DNA of 54,570 bases from a virus (IMGVR_UViG_3300020214_000017:1-54570), one strand, 5' to 3'; positions 1-9,313 are shown, counted from the stretch's first letter. The notes: generated from the letters alone by a model not told the origin. Numbers and translations: made by a program.

Positions 1-2
1 TG

Positions 3-155
3 AAAAGGTACTGTCTCGAGTACGCGCTGCAATATCCCCCGGCCGACATGCACGGGGTATGGGCAGGATTGACATCGAGGCAACTGGCGGCCGAGCAGAG
101 AAAAAGGGGAATCAAGCCGACCAAACCGACTTTGGCCCAAATGTGGAACGACTAG
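3..155 (+). CDS. whiB: WhiB-family transcription factor, C-terminal part (5' truncated by window)
   Basis: Frame 3 reads KRYCLEYALQYPPADMHGVWAGLTSRQL...; last Cys plus G[VI]W[GA]G turn; not in ORF track. Confidence 0.8.
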   Translation, partial: KRYCLEYALQYPPADMHGVWAGLTSRQLAAEQRKRGIKPTKPTLAQMWND

Positions 156-493
156 AGGATTCTGATGTCGCAGGTGTCGCAGAACTCCATGCCCTGAAAC
201 CGGACAATTTTTTGTTTGCAGGTGACCTTGCCGCATGGTTGCAACAGGGTCTCGCCAGTCAGATAACCGCGCAGAACATCCTCGGCGGTGGGTTTCTTGA
301 ACTGCGAAGGACCAGGACTGGGGATGCCCTTGTCGAGGCGGATGAATTCCCAGACGGCGTATTCGACCAACTGGGATACCGTCAACCCCTTGGACTGCGC
401 GTGGTCGATGATGTTGTTCTTTTGTTCGCCCGAAATCCTGATGGTCAGGTTGTGCAGCCTGTCCAAGTATTTGGCTCGTTGGGGTTTAGTCAT
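152..493 (-). CDS. Ribbon-helix-helix DNA-binding protein with C-terminal Cys cluster
   Basis: LTIRISGEQKNNIIDHAQSKGLTVSQLVEYAV RHH pattern; C-x3-4-C and CDTC. Confidence 0.55.
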   Translation of the reverse strand: MTKPQRAKYLDRLHNLTIRISGEQKNNIIDHAQSKGLTVSQLVEYAVWEFIRLDKGIPSPGPSQFKKPTAEDVLRGYLTGETLLQPCGKVTCKQKIVRFQGMEFCDTCDIRIL

Positions 494-650
494 GGCCCTC
501 AATCAGGGTAATCAGGTACTCGGTAATCGTCATGCCGACGGCATCGGAGTCGTCTATCAACTTCTTTTTGACCCCGGAAGGAATCTTCAGGGTCAGGGCG
601 ACCTTGTCGCCTGTTGGTTCTTTGGGGGGACGACCGACGTTTCGTTTCAT
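486..650 (-). CDS. Small ribbon-helix-helix protein (54 aa)
   Basis: MKRNVGRPPKEPTGDKVALTLKIPSGVKKKLIDDSDAVGMTITEYLITLIEGHD; TAGTTT 6 nt upstream of the ATG; overlaps next start. Confidence 0.65.
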   Translation of the reverse strand: MKRNVGRPPKEPTGDKVALTLKIPSGVKKKLIDDSDAVGMTITEYLITLIEGHD

Positions 651-720
651 AAGAGCAAACTAGTGCATAAAGTACTGCGCCCGCGTCAGTTTTTTATTTT
701 TCCCAAAGTTTTGTAGTTGT

Positions 721-1173
721 TCAGTCAACCCAGTACGTTTTCTTGAACCATTCCTTGCAAATATCCCCGTACAAAGACTCGAATCGCTTGGCGTCGAACT
801 GATTGTTGAAAGAAACAGGCCCCAAACTCCGCATTAATTCGCGCAATACCTCGTGTATTTGCACGATTACTGGGGTTCCGGCGTTGTTGGAAGCCAGTAT
901 TTCCTGGTATTGGGCCCATGCTTGCTGGGCAGGAGGGGGTTGGGTAATCGATTTGGTTTGATTAATTAGGCCTACTCTTATTTCCCACGGGCGAGGGGGG
1001 AATTCTTTACCCATACAAATATTGGGCAATATTTTTTGGGCTGTCGGATAATCGAACTCTTTTATGTACGGGCCCCATGCCACGACGTATTCCTTGACCT
1101 CCTTGGGTACGAGTATCCGGTCGAACGTGTAAAAAACGGTTTTTATGAAGGCGGCCAATTCTTCTTCGGTCAT
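721..1173 (-). CDS. Putative helicase loader/inhibitor-like replication protein (start uncertain)
   Basis: MTEEE...W...FPP..EI...A..AW pattern; lies downstream of the replication-protein-like gene. Confidence 0.4.
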   Translation of the reverse strand: MTEEELAAFIKTVFYTFDRILVPKEVKEYVVAWGPYIKEFDYPTAQKILPNICMGKEFPPRPWEIRVGLINQTKSITQPPPAQQAWAQYQEILASNNAGTPVIVQIHEVLRELMRSLGPVSFNNQFDAKRFESLYGDICKEWFKKTYWVD

Positions 1174-1237
1174 GGCTTGTCGCATATCCAGACGATGGCC
1201 ACCAAAAGTGCCAGTATTATCGCCAGAGCCCCGGTTC

Positions 1238-1591
1238 TCATTCGTTGTGCCCGATGAACTGCTCGATGTGCTGGGCATCCCTGAAAATCAGTTCGAGGGA
1301 ATTGTAGACTTTGCCCCGCTTGTTCTTGCCCATGTGGAAGTGGCTGTTGGCGCAACCGTCGATGGCCTCCTTGCAACCGTCGATGCCGTAGTCGTGAATC
1401 CCTATTGCCAGCAAATAGCGGCGCTTGGTGTCGAGCATTGGCTTGCGCTTCGAGTCGGCTTTGTGCACCTGCAAGTAATAATCGAAAACAGCGTCGATAT
1501 CGGCGGGTGAGACAGTTTCGAACTTTTGTCTATTGGTTATGGCCTGTACCTGTTTCTCCGCTTTGGTCATCCTGAAACGTTTCGTTGTCAT
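1238..1591 (-). CDS. Phage replication-initiator C-terminal-like protein
   Basis: VFDYY...YGIDGCKEAIDGC..S.FHMGKN...LELIFRD...EQF motif. Confidence 0.5.
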   Translation of the reverse strand: MTTKRFRMTKAEKQVQAITNRQKFETVSPADIDAVFDYYLQVHKADSKRKPMLDTKRRYLLAIGIHDYGIDGCKEAIDGCANSHFHMGKNKRGKVYNSLELIFRDAQHIEQFIGHNE

Positions 1592-2010
1592 AACCCCCCA
1601 TCGTCTTGTTATCCACCACCGTAGATGATAGAGACAAGATTCTTAGTTTTCTTTTACGTAAAAAGAAAAATCAAACATTTTCGCGGCCTTCATCCTTTGG
1701 AGGGGGTCCGGGGGAACCTTTGCCTAAAATTTGCGTTTTTGGGCAATACTTTACCGGCACCCCCTTTGGGGTGTTTCCGCGATTATTTCGGTAGTTTTCT
1801 TCTCAGCCTGAGTAAGTGTTTACCAGGATAGAAAAAAAAGCAATATTCGCTCGAAGCGTGTCAGCAAAAACGAATCTGCTATATCCTGGTAAACGGGGCT
1901 CACGCTAGCATATGGGTTAGAAGGAATTGGCACCTACGGGGGGTTTTTTGAAAAAAATTTAAAAAAGTTCCCATCAGACGAAGACACTTATGATACTTTC
2001 TCCTATCAGT

Positions 2011-2116
2011 GATGTTGGGGTGCTTCCCCCCTTCTTACCCCGGCATCGCCGCGCGGGAGCGACTACCCGGATTTTAAATTCTCGGTGGTTGGGTTTTCCG
2101 GGTAGCGCTCCCCCGC
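2011..2116 (+). ncRNA. Candidate two-hairpin small RNA with C-rich loop
   Basis: 2011-2021 pairs with 2037-2047 (loop GCTTCCCCCCTTCTT); 2055-2071 pairs with 2097-2112; TATGAT at 1989. Confidence 0.35.
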
Positions 2117-2133
2117 ATCTTCCACCACCGCTA

Positions 2134-2529
2134 TCAAATATCCAGCGGTTCCATCTCTCGAGCGCGTTCGAACATGGGTGGGAGAAAGCCGGCGATAAAG
2201 TTCGCCATTATTTCGTTTTTTTCTGCGGGCGCCGCATAAAAATTTTCAATTTCTATTTCATCAACTTTATTTTTTAAAATATCTTCGTTTAAACATACGA
2301 TAAATCTATTTGCTGTTGGCGTTCGCCATAGGTCGGGGCTCTCGGGGTCATTTAGGGCGGAGGCCGGCACAGCCATAACAAGCAGGTAAATATTGCATTC
2401 TGTATCTTGGCACGCCGCCAGGATGCGTCCCGAACTTGAGTCGTCTCGTATCAAGTTTAAATCGCTTTGAACGTCTTCCCTAAATTTATCCCAAACTTCT
2501 CTTCTAAACTCATCTTCTGATTTAGCCAT
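2134..2529 (-). CDS. Hypothetical protein
   Basis: ORF; TATTAT 6 nt upstream of the ATG. Confidence 0.6.
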   Translation of the reverse strand: MAKSEDEFRREVWDKFREDVQSDLNLIRDDSSSGRILAACQDTECNIYLLVMAVPASALNDPESPDLWRTPTANRFIVCLNEDILKNKVDEIEIENFYAAPAEKNEIMANFIAGFLPPMFERAREMEPLDI

Positions 2530-2658
2530 GACCAGATAATACACGACCCAGGTCGCTTTCCACCACCGTAAAGGTATGTCAAGATATGTCTAAAACTTTT
2601 TGATTAAGAAGTTATGTAAATCGGTTTTAGATTAAATGGTTTTGCTATTGTTGCGGCC

Positions 2659-3036
2659 ATGGACAACAACACTAGATTCAACATCACACTTACTGCCATT
2701 AATAATTTCAGAATTCGTGAGGGACATTGTTTTATCCCCGCGTCGCACATTGAAATCGTCGATGGTTTGGCCACGCCCCTCGGCGCATGGGTTGGTTACC
2801 TCCGACAGCGCCGGCGCAAGGGACAACTTTTGCGAGAAAAAATTGAAAAACTTGAAAATATTCCAGGATGGCAATGGGGCCCATTGCGCCCTGGCCCCGC
2901 TACAAACATCGACAGGAACTCGAGGATTATTGATTTGCATCACAGTGGCAAATCTCTTCGTTTTATTGCTGATGCATTTGATTTGTCGCGTCAACGCGTT
3001 CATCAAATTGTTCAAAAGCACGCTAAAGTATCGTGA
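2659..3036 (+). CDS. Helicase-associated (HA) domain plus C-terminal HTH protein
   Basis: EGHC.IP..H...LGAWV..LRQRRRKGQL...IEKLE.IPGWQW; SLRFIADAFDLSRQRVHQI. Confidence 0.7.
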   Translation: MDNNTRFNITLTAINNFRIREGHCFIPASHIEIVDGLATPLGAWVGYLRQRRRKGQLLREKIEKLENIPGWQWGPLRPGPATNIDRNSRIIDLHHSGKSLRFIADAFDLSRQRVHQIVQKHAKVS

Positions 3037-3275
3037 TGCGAGATAAAGAGTTAGAAAAGTTATTTGAAGAAACAGCGAAGACAAAAAAATTGATACGCGA
3101 CGGGTTTGTAAACTTCGTAATTTCATCTCTTCTTTATTCACTCGGTCTCTTTCTGGCTGTCAAGATGCTCAAAACCCAGGGCGCAATTACCTGGGAACTT
3201 AAATGGATTCAGTGCACGGCACTTATAACCGGTATCAACTTTTTCCGGATTTGGGACCGCACCTTCATGCGTTGA
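3036..3275 (+). CDS. Small membrane protein
   Basis: Two hydrophobic segments; TGATG coupling. Confidence 0.55.
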   Translation: MRDKELEKLFEETAKTKKLIRDGFVNFVISSLLYSLGLFLAVKMLKTQGAITWELKWIQCTALITGINFFRIWDRTFMR

Positions 3276-3490
3276 CGCTTTCCACCACCGTAGGGCGAAT
3301 TGACGTATCAGCAGCATTCCCAATATTAACTTACGAGCAGGTGCCACCGACGCCGCGCTCCGTCGTCGATGGACACCTCCCGTGCCCATACATGCAACCA
3401 ACCAAAGAAACATGTATCGGACATCTTTTGACCCATATGCCAGCAATGCTAGCATGAGTCCCGTTCAGTAAGTCTGCGCCCATTAGATAA

Positions 3491-3724
3491 TCACCCTCCA
3501 TCTTCACCCTCACCGTAAGTCAGCGTCGCCTCGGCTTTGAACGAGTCAAGGTTTATGTCGTAGTAATCCACAAGAAAGTTGCGCGCCAGGGTCTTGGCTT
3601 CTCGCTTACTATTGGCACGAATACTCGCCATGATTGCAGCGAAATCACCGGTAAAGACAACATCCCATGTGGGCAAGTCTTCTCTGTCCCTGTTGATGTC
3701 ATATTTCCATACAGGTAATTTCAT
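3491..3724 (-). CDS. Hypothetical protein
   Basis: ORF coupled (ATGA) to the VWA gene. Confidence 0.55.
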   Translation of the reverse strand: MKLPVWKYDINRDREDLPTWDVVFTGDFAAIMASIRANSKREAKTLARNFLVDYYDINLDSFKAEATLTYGEGEDGG

Positions 3725-5286
3725 GACGATACCACCTGCGTTTTTTCCATTCCACCAAGACTTCGAACCAAATTATTGAAATGTACTGGATAATCGGCAT
3801 GCACCGTCTGCCCCCGATGAATTTGTTTGATTGCTTTGATTGCTGAATCCACGTGGTCGACGCAAATCACTTTGTTTCTTTTGGCGGTCTTCATGCATTG
3901 AAGCACAATTGGCTGAGTATGCGAACCATGGACGGTGCAGACCCCGCCGTCGGTCACCCAAACGACTGGCTCTTTGCCCTTACGTTGCGAAATCGCCCAC
4001 TCGAGCGCAGGCAGGTCGACGCCGTTGCCCTTTCCGAAATCCGGCATGTTTTTTTCCTCAACGCACTTGCCGTTCTTGGCGAGAATGTGGATATTCGGAC
4101 TACCAGCACCCTCGTCCATGTCGGAATAAATGGCGACAGTGGCGCCAGGTGCAACCTTGAGTATCTCGATTACCTGTTCACGCTTGAGCGCCATGGAGCC
4201 CGAACCGTCAATAAGTACGATTCCACCCTTGTTACGACGTTCGTGGTCGAAAATTCGACGTTGTGGGTCCGAAAAAAGACGTGAAATACGTCGTGGATTA
4301 CGACCGTAGGTCATCGCGACGCGTTTTTTGCCAAGGTGCCCCTTTGATACGGCCGTCAAGATACTTTCGCCCCAAATAAGTTTGCCCCAATCTTGGTTTG
4401 CCTCGGTTCGTCCGTAATTTAAAGGTCTCAAATTACGCAAAGCGTCCTCTATTTTGGAGCCTTTGCTTGCGATGTCTTGAGACGATTCGTCGGTATATTC
4501 ACCAGTTTCATGCTCGCTATCGTCTGATTCACGATTCGTAGCATCTTCTCCGCCCTCTCCGGTCGTAACGGCCGACTTCCTCTTCTTTTTGACAGGTTTG
4601 TCCGCCTTTGATGGCGCCGGCATGGCACCCAATCTATCCAAATACTCGGCCCACTTCTCGGTCCATGCAAATCCTGCAGGTGGCAATCCAATGCTGGAAT
4701 GAATATCGGTTGACAACAATGGCTCCCTGGGAACGTATCGTCGACCTTGTTTGCCCCCGTCCGCACTTTCGGCTTGTTTCCAAAAATGTTTTTGAATTTT
4801 TTGTAAAGCGGTCGCCCAATGCTTTGATTGACGACGTACGCCAACCAAAAATCGTTTACCGCCACCCGTACCAGCGCTAGCGACAGCGAAACGCACGGCT
4901 GCTAGCCAATCATCCTGGATGACGCATAGTTCGCCGTCGGCGTCCTCGCAACCATCGGTCATACTCGACAAATCGAATCCGGCCTTATTCAACGCATAGT
5001 TGACTCGGACCTCTTCGACCGCTTGCAACGAATCGGGAGAAGCAATTTCACGCTTTATCCAATCGATGATTGATTCTGCAGGCGAAATTCGTGCATGCAT
5101 TAATTCATGCGCACGTACGACACGCTCCAGGTCGCTGAGACCAGCAGGTGCAAAGATTGCCCGGTCCGCAACGTTAGTCCTTGCGAGGCCTCGTCGAGGC
5201 GCCACTTCTTCTACCGACCACCTAAGTGTTGGTCGGTCACGACGTGTTAACGCATGTGGCTCGACTGTGGTTTTGACACGAGTCAT
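3721..5286 (-). CDS. Metallopeptidase-like (HExxH) plus VWA domain protein
   Basis: RAHELMH; acidic linker; MIDAS IDGSGSM and VTDG. Confidence 0.75.
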   Translation of the reverse strand: MTRVKTTVEPHALTRRDRPTLRWSVEEVAPRRGLARTNVADRAIFAPAGLSDLERVVRAHELMHARISPAESIIDWIKREIASPDSLQAVEEVRVNYALNKAGFDLSSMTDGCEDADGELCVIQDDWLAAVRFAVASAGTGGGKRFLVGVRRQSKHWATALQKIQKHFWKQAESADGGKQGRRYVPREPLLSTDIHSSIGLPPAGFAWTEKWAEYLDRLGAMPAPSKADKPVKKKRKSAVTTGEGGEDATNRESDDSEHETGEYTDESSQDIASKGSKIEDALRNLRPLNYGRTEANQDWGKLIWGESILTAVSKGHLGKKRVAMTYGRNPRRISRLFSDPQRRIFDHERRNKGGIVLIDGSGSMALKREQVIEILKVAPGATVAIYSDMDEGAGSPNIHILAKNGKCVEEKNMPDFGKGNGVDLPALEWAISQRKGKEPVVWVTDGGVCTVHGSHTQPIVLQCMKTAKRNKVICVDHVDSAIKAIKQIHRGQTVHADYPVHFNNLVRSLGGMEKTQVVSS

Positions 5287-6005
5287 GATGCAACCGTATT
5301 CAGTTTCAGAGCGTCAATGATTCCGTCGGCACGGTGCCCGAAAATAATTTGCCCAGCCTTTTGGTCACCCATGGTCTTGCGCAAATTATCGAACGCCATA
5401 AATGTGCGTAATGACAATCGTTGTTCGCCTGCATCGGCGTAATTAATGGCAACTTCTCGCAAATCTTTCGACAAGCGTTTTAAGGCATTCGGGTGCGGTT
5501 GATTGATACGAATCCTGACAGGAAATCGGTCGGCCAGGGCCTCGGGCAATTCCCTCATGTCTTCGATATTCGTGGTCATAACGGCTGAAAATCCGTTTAA
5601 TGGTCGAAATATTTCGCCAGTATCAGGATGCTCCCATGACGCCGACTCGGGTGTATCCAGGAAATTGAGAAGTGTTGCGAAAACGTCGCTACCTGCCTTG
5701 TCAATTTCGTCGATAACGAGACGACCGCCAGTTTGCCATGCTTTTAAAGCAGCACCCTCATACCAGCGAAAAGACTTGCCGTCGCTTGCTGGCATAAATG
5801 TGCCGTCAACTTGCAGGTTGGTCATGTCTTCGGTACACGTAATACGGAATGAGCCGTTTTCTACGGCGCCGAAATTCATGCCTGCATAGGTTTTGCCTGT
5901 GCCCGGCGGTCCAAAGAGGATGACACGGTCAATACCGCTGGACAGAACGTCGTCAAACGTTTGCCAGCATTCAGGCAGATTGGTTGTGTTGGTTGTTTTA
6001 GTCAT
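5283..6005 (-). CDS. MoxR/CobS-like AAA+ ATPase
   Basis: GPPGTGKT, LVIDEID, LPEALADRF; leaderless ATG behind the promoter repeat. Confidence 0.85.
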   Translation of the reverse strand: MTKTTNTTNLPECWQTFDDVLSSGIDRVILFGPPGTGKTYAGMNFGAVENGSFRITCTEDMTNLQVDGTFMPASDGKSFRWYEGAALKAWQTGGRLVIDEIDKAGSDVFATLLNFLDTPESASWEHPDTGEIFRPLNGFSAVMTTNIEDMRELPEALADRFPVRIRINQPHPNALKRLSKDLREVAINYADAGEQRLSLRTFMAFDNLRKTMGDQKAGQIIFGHRADGIIDALKLNTVAS

Positions 6006-6012
6006 GACCTGC

Positions 6013-6041
6013 ACCTTATCGGTACTAATGGTTTAAGACAA
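6013..6041 (-). promoter_or_regulatory. Cassette promoter repeat
   Basis: TTGTCT-17-TAAGGT; ATG 7 nt downstream. Confidence 0.8.
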
Positions 6042-6043
6042 CC

Positions 6044-6481
6044 TCATGCCAGTTTTCTATCTTGTTTCGGGTTGCGGGCTTCCCATAAGCCCCGACCAAT
6101 TGGTCGAAAGTAACCGGTGCTTTTCGCCCATTTAGTAATGGTTTGTGCACCAAGCCCTGCGTAATCAACGAGTTGTTGGGTCGTAAATTCATGGAATGTT
6201 TTTTCTAAAGCCAATTTTTCCAAACGTGCGTACTTGTACTTACGTTTTTCGATACTCGGCTTCTCAAGTTCTTCAACGCCAAGTAGTTTTGGCAGTAAAT
6301 TGGTTTCCAGCCAATTCAGGGCCTCGGCTCTGACCATATATGATGTCAACATTTTGCGGACATTGGTCGAGGGACAGTTCGTTTGCCAGGATTGAAGCAC
6401 GTACATTGCACGTTCGAGGTCGTCTACGTCCTTGAATACGGCACGATGTGTTTCAATAAATTCATCTGATAGAGTTGTCAT
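6044..6481 (-). CDS. Hypothetical protein, possible C-terminal winged HTH
   Basis: Leaderless ORF behind the promoter repeat. Confidence 0.65.
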   Translation of the reverse strand: MTTLSDEFIETHRAVFKDVDDLERAMYVLQSWQTNCPSTNVRKMLTSYMVRAEALNWLETNLLPKLLGVEELEKPSIEKRKYKYARLEKLALEKTFHEFTTQQLVDYAGLGAQTITKWAKSTGYFRPIGRGLWEARNPKQDRKLA

Positions 6482-6487
6482 ATGTAC

Positions 6488-6516
6488 AGTGTATCGGCAC
6501 TAATGGTATAAGACAA
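6488..6516 (-). promoter_or_regulatory. Cassette promoter repeat
   Basis: TTGTCT-17-TACACT; ATG 6 nt downstream. Confidence 0.8.
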
Positions 6517-6709
6517 CATGGGAACCAAAGAACACGGGGCCCTCGGCTCCAACCAGCCCCTTGAGCGAGTTCCACCACCGTCGGCCGCAAATGATGAAAA
6601 TATTGAAACTTTTGGTATGGGACCAGAAGAAAACGCGGAAGAACAAGAGGTTTTACCCGTTGCCTCCCAGAAGGTTCTGGGCGATGATGTTGTCTACCTT
6701 AGGGAAGAC

Positions 6710-7099
6710 CTAAGACCCCGTTAGCGATTTCTCGTTTTCGATGATTTGTTGGACGAGTTCCTTGATTGGCGCCGCCAAAAATGATGGCATTGTTATATTT
6801 TCGTTTTCTTCTGGGTAGGACAAACCCGGGTCCGCATAAATATCGATGTTTTTTCGTTCAATCCACATCCCGCCGGTCCCGGATATCGGCGTTACATGAA
6901 GGTCAAGGTGTCCGTAACGTATACGGGCGTCGTCGATTATCACATTTACGTTTAGGTTTTTGACCTTAATGGTGGCTTCAAGGCCTTTATAGGCATCTGT
7001 ATCCACCAGACCTTCTATGGTGCGTGCGTAATTTATGATTTTCCGTGATTTCCTGATACCTTCAGTCTGTATTACTGTCGGGGTTTTAATTTTGGTCAT
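6710..7099 (-). CDS. Hypothetical phage protein
   Basis: AGGAG Shine-Dalgarno upstream. Confidence 0.65.
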   Translation of the reverse strand: MTKIKTPTVIQTEGIRKSRKIINYARTIEGLVDTDAYKGLEATIKVKNLNVNVIIDDARIRYGHLDLHVTPISGTGGMWIERKNIDIYADPGLSYPEENENITMPSFLAAPIKELVQQIIENEKSLTGS

Positions 7100-7266
7100 T
7101 TTGGCCTGTCTCCTATTAGATATAATTCTCTTCCACCACCGTATAGGGTGGCCACGAACATAGCAACATGACCATTGTCACCATAATTCAGTTAAATTTA
7201 TCTCAAACCTGATGGCTCCTGGGTCCGGGGCCTCGAGATGTTTGCATTGTTAATATTTTTTGCGGG

Positions 7267-7295
7267 TTGTCTAATACCATTAGTACCGATAAGGT
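7267..7295 (+). promoter_or_regulatory. Cassette promoter repeat
   Basis: TTGTCT-17-TAAGGT-6-ATG. Confidence 0.8.
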
Positions 7296-7301
7296 GCAGG
7301 T

Positions 7302-7583
7302 ATGAATGAATTACCTGAGTTAAAAATTGCGAAACTACTCCATGAAGCCTTTCAAGCAAAGGTTTGGACGGACATTAATCGTGCTTTTGAAACTATGAAC
7401 GAAGACGAACAGACCAAAATTCTTGATGAATTTGAATATATCGTTGAACGCCATGGCGACAATTCAGATGAAATGTGCGAGTTTTTTCATAAGTGTTGCA
7501 TGAGATACAGCAAACTTTATTTTTTTGTAAACACCTACTCAGAAAACAATTGGGACGAGGCTTTCGAAAAGGAACTCCAATGA
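7302..7583 (+). CDS. Hypothetical protein
   Basis: Leaderless first gene of cassette. Confidence 0.7.
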   Translation: MNELPELKIAKLLHEAFQAKVWTDINRAFETMNEDEQTKILDEFEYIVERHGDNSDEMCEFFHKCCMRYSKLYFFVNTYSENNWDEAFEKELQ

Positions 7584-7822
7584 CCGACAAATTGACTTTG
7601 GACGCATGGCATGAGGTTTACCTCACCCCATTCACCGACGACAAACTCCTACAAAACCGTATCGATGATGACGGCGGTTTTGCGGGCTGGGTGCTTGACG
7701 GCATATTGGCTTTAAAGAATGTCGATGGTCAAGAAGCGACCGACCATGAGTGCTTGGAAATTATTGCGCTGTTGGTCAAGGAGTATCTTGATGCCGTTGA
7801 ACGGGGGGTAGATACCCAATGA
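7580..7822 (+). CDS. Hypothetical protein
   Basis: ATGA overlap; AAGGA SD. Confidence 0.65.
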   Translation: MTDKLTLDAWHEVYLTPFTDDKLLQNRIDDDGGFAGWVLDGILALKNVDGQEATDHECLEIIALLVKEYLDAVERGVDTQ

Positions 7823-8097
7823 AAACACCAATTGGCGCCACATGCACGGTCCATTATCACGACGACAATGATTCCGACTCGCATTCTATTTGGTTTATTT
7901 CTTTTGGCACCATAGAAGATGATGCGGTTTGTGATTCGTTTGGAACTCCCGATGATGACATTGCCTTCTATTGCCCTGGTGGCGAGGAAGAACTCAAGCA
8001 ATTGATGAATCGTAACAACAGGGAAGACTTTTGGGTTGAAGAATATGAAATTTGCTATTCCATGGACTTTGACCCGTATTTGGGGACTGACTTATGA
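7819..8097 (+). CDS. Hypothetical acidic protein
   Basis: ATGA overlap. Confidence 0.65.
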   Translation: MKTPIGATCTVHYHDDNDSDSHSIWFISFGTIEDDAVCDSFGTPDDDIAFYCPGGEEELKQLMNRNNREDFWVEEYEICYSMDFDPYLGTDL

Positions 8098-8270
8098 CGG
8101 ATATAACCAAAGAACGGGGCCATGCGGAGATTCGAATCCTGCTGAAAGACGGGGAAATAACCGTCTTTCACCACGAGGGCGATGTCGTCCTGTATTGTGC
8201 GCCAGTTCGCGAGGGTGCGTGGGACGCATTGTGGGAAGTTCTTGACGCCTACAAACTCGACCGTTCATGA
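8094..8270 (+). CDS. Hypothetical protein (58 aa)
   Basis: MTDITKERGHAEIRILLKDGEITVFH...; ATGA overlaps at both ends. Confidence 0.55.
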   Translation: MTDITKERGHAEIRILLKDGEITVFHHEGDVVLYCAPVREGAWDALWEVLDAYKLDRS

Positions 8271-8353
8271 ACAACTTTTGGTTGGTGGTGACCCTTCTGG
8301 GGGTGTTGGCGGTATTTCTTTTTATCGATAAAATTGATTGGTAAAATATAACC

Positions 8354-8551
8354 ATGGTTAATGACAATTCTTCCACCACCGTTGGCAATAGCGACAAGGC
8401 GAAACCAACTTCGGCTGTTCAGTTCGTTGATGCAAAAATTATCGAAGTCACTGGGCGGGACTCTGTGCCCATCTCGGAGGTCACCAATATGTTGCTTGAC
8501 ATTCGGCTTTTTTTAATGGGACATTTTGCCAAGGAGAAAGAAATAGTCTAG
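8354..8551 (+). CDS. Hypothetical protein
   Basis: ORF ending immediately before the next promoter repeat. Confidence 0.55.
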   Translation: MVNDNSSTTVGNSDKAKPTSAVQFVDAKIIEVTGRDSVPISEVTNMLLDIRLFLMGHFAKEKEIV

Positions 8552-8552
8552 G

Positions 8553-8581
8553 TTGCCTTATACCATTAGTACCACTAAGGT
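8553..8581 (+). promoter_or_regulatory. Cassette promoter repeat
   Basis: TTGCCT-17-TAAGGT-6-ATG. Confidence 0.8.
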
Positions 8582-8587
8582 AGGGGT

Positions 8588-8872
8588 ATGAGCGATAAAC
8601 CCTACCAATGCCTATTCGACAGTCGGTTCGTTATCAGCATGATGCCGTCCGACCTGAAGAATGAAGTTGCCGAAATCTTGGAACAGAACCCTGACCACGA
8701 GGAAGCCTTGTGGTGGTGGCGTGCGAGCGACGAAGAGTACGAACAACTCGCCTATTCCATGATGAACGACGATTACTTGTGGAATGTTTGGCGTGAGTGT
8801 TTCTGGCGTTCCCTAGTGGAAGAGATGCGTAATTGCCAAAAGCGTCGTGAGGCGGTCGAAAATGAGCAATAA
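8588..8872 (+). CDS. Hypothetical protein
   Basis: Leaderless first gene. Confidence 0.7.
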   Translation: MSDKPYQCLFDSRFVISMMPSDLKNEVAEILEQNPDHEEALWWWRASDEEYEQLAYSMMNDDYLWNVWRECFWRSLVEEMRNCQKRREAVENEQ

Positions 8873-9074
8873 GAAAAAAATAGTCGTCCAGCGAACTTTC
8901 ACTTATGATGTTGAGGAAATCAAGTCGGAGTGGGCGAAAATGAACGACGGGGAAGAGCCAGACGACGAGGATGTTTGGGATATGGTCCAAGAATGGGCAT
9001 ACGAAGATATGGCGTCGCCTGCTAGTCGGCACGATATGACATTCACTGACGAATACGGAGACCCACTGGAATGA
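8862..9074 (+). CDS. Hypothetical acidic protein
   Basis: Overlapping ORF in cassette. Confidence 0.6.
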   Translation: MSNKKKIVVQRTFTYDVEEIKSEWAKMNDGEEPDDEDVWDMVQEWAYEDMASPASRHDMTFTDEYGDPLE

Positions 9075-9313
9075 GTAAACCACGAAAACGGAAAAACAAG
9101 CGTCATACATTCCCGATACCACCAGCCATACTACGAAAAAGGTCGCCGTATCGAGGCTTTATTTCGTTCGCACGAAGCGCAAGAGAATTCGCCTGTTTTA
9201 AAGACAAAATCAACCGTTACTACAACTGGTGCGGGGCTCTCGGCATTGACCCCGCTGACGACGAAAACTACAACTCGTTTTGCGAAGCCGAGTCAGCCTA
9301 CGAAAACGGCTGA
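9071..9313 (+). CDS. Hypothetical protein
   Basis: ATGA overlap. Confidence 0.6.
   Translation: MSKPRKRKNKRHTFPIPPAILRKRSPYRGFISFARSAREFACFKDKINRYYNWCGALGIDPADDENYNSFCEAESAYENG

Noticed and set aside
59-716. Plus-strand ORFs 59-511 and 288-716
   Set aside because: Shadows of the WhiB fragment and the two minus-strand RHH genes
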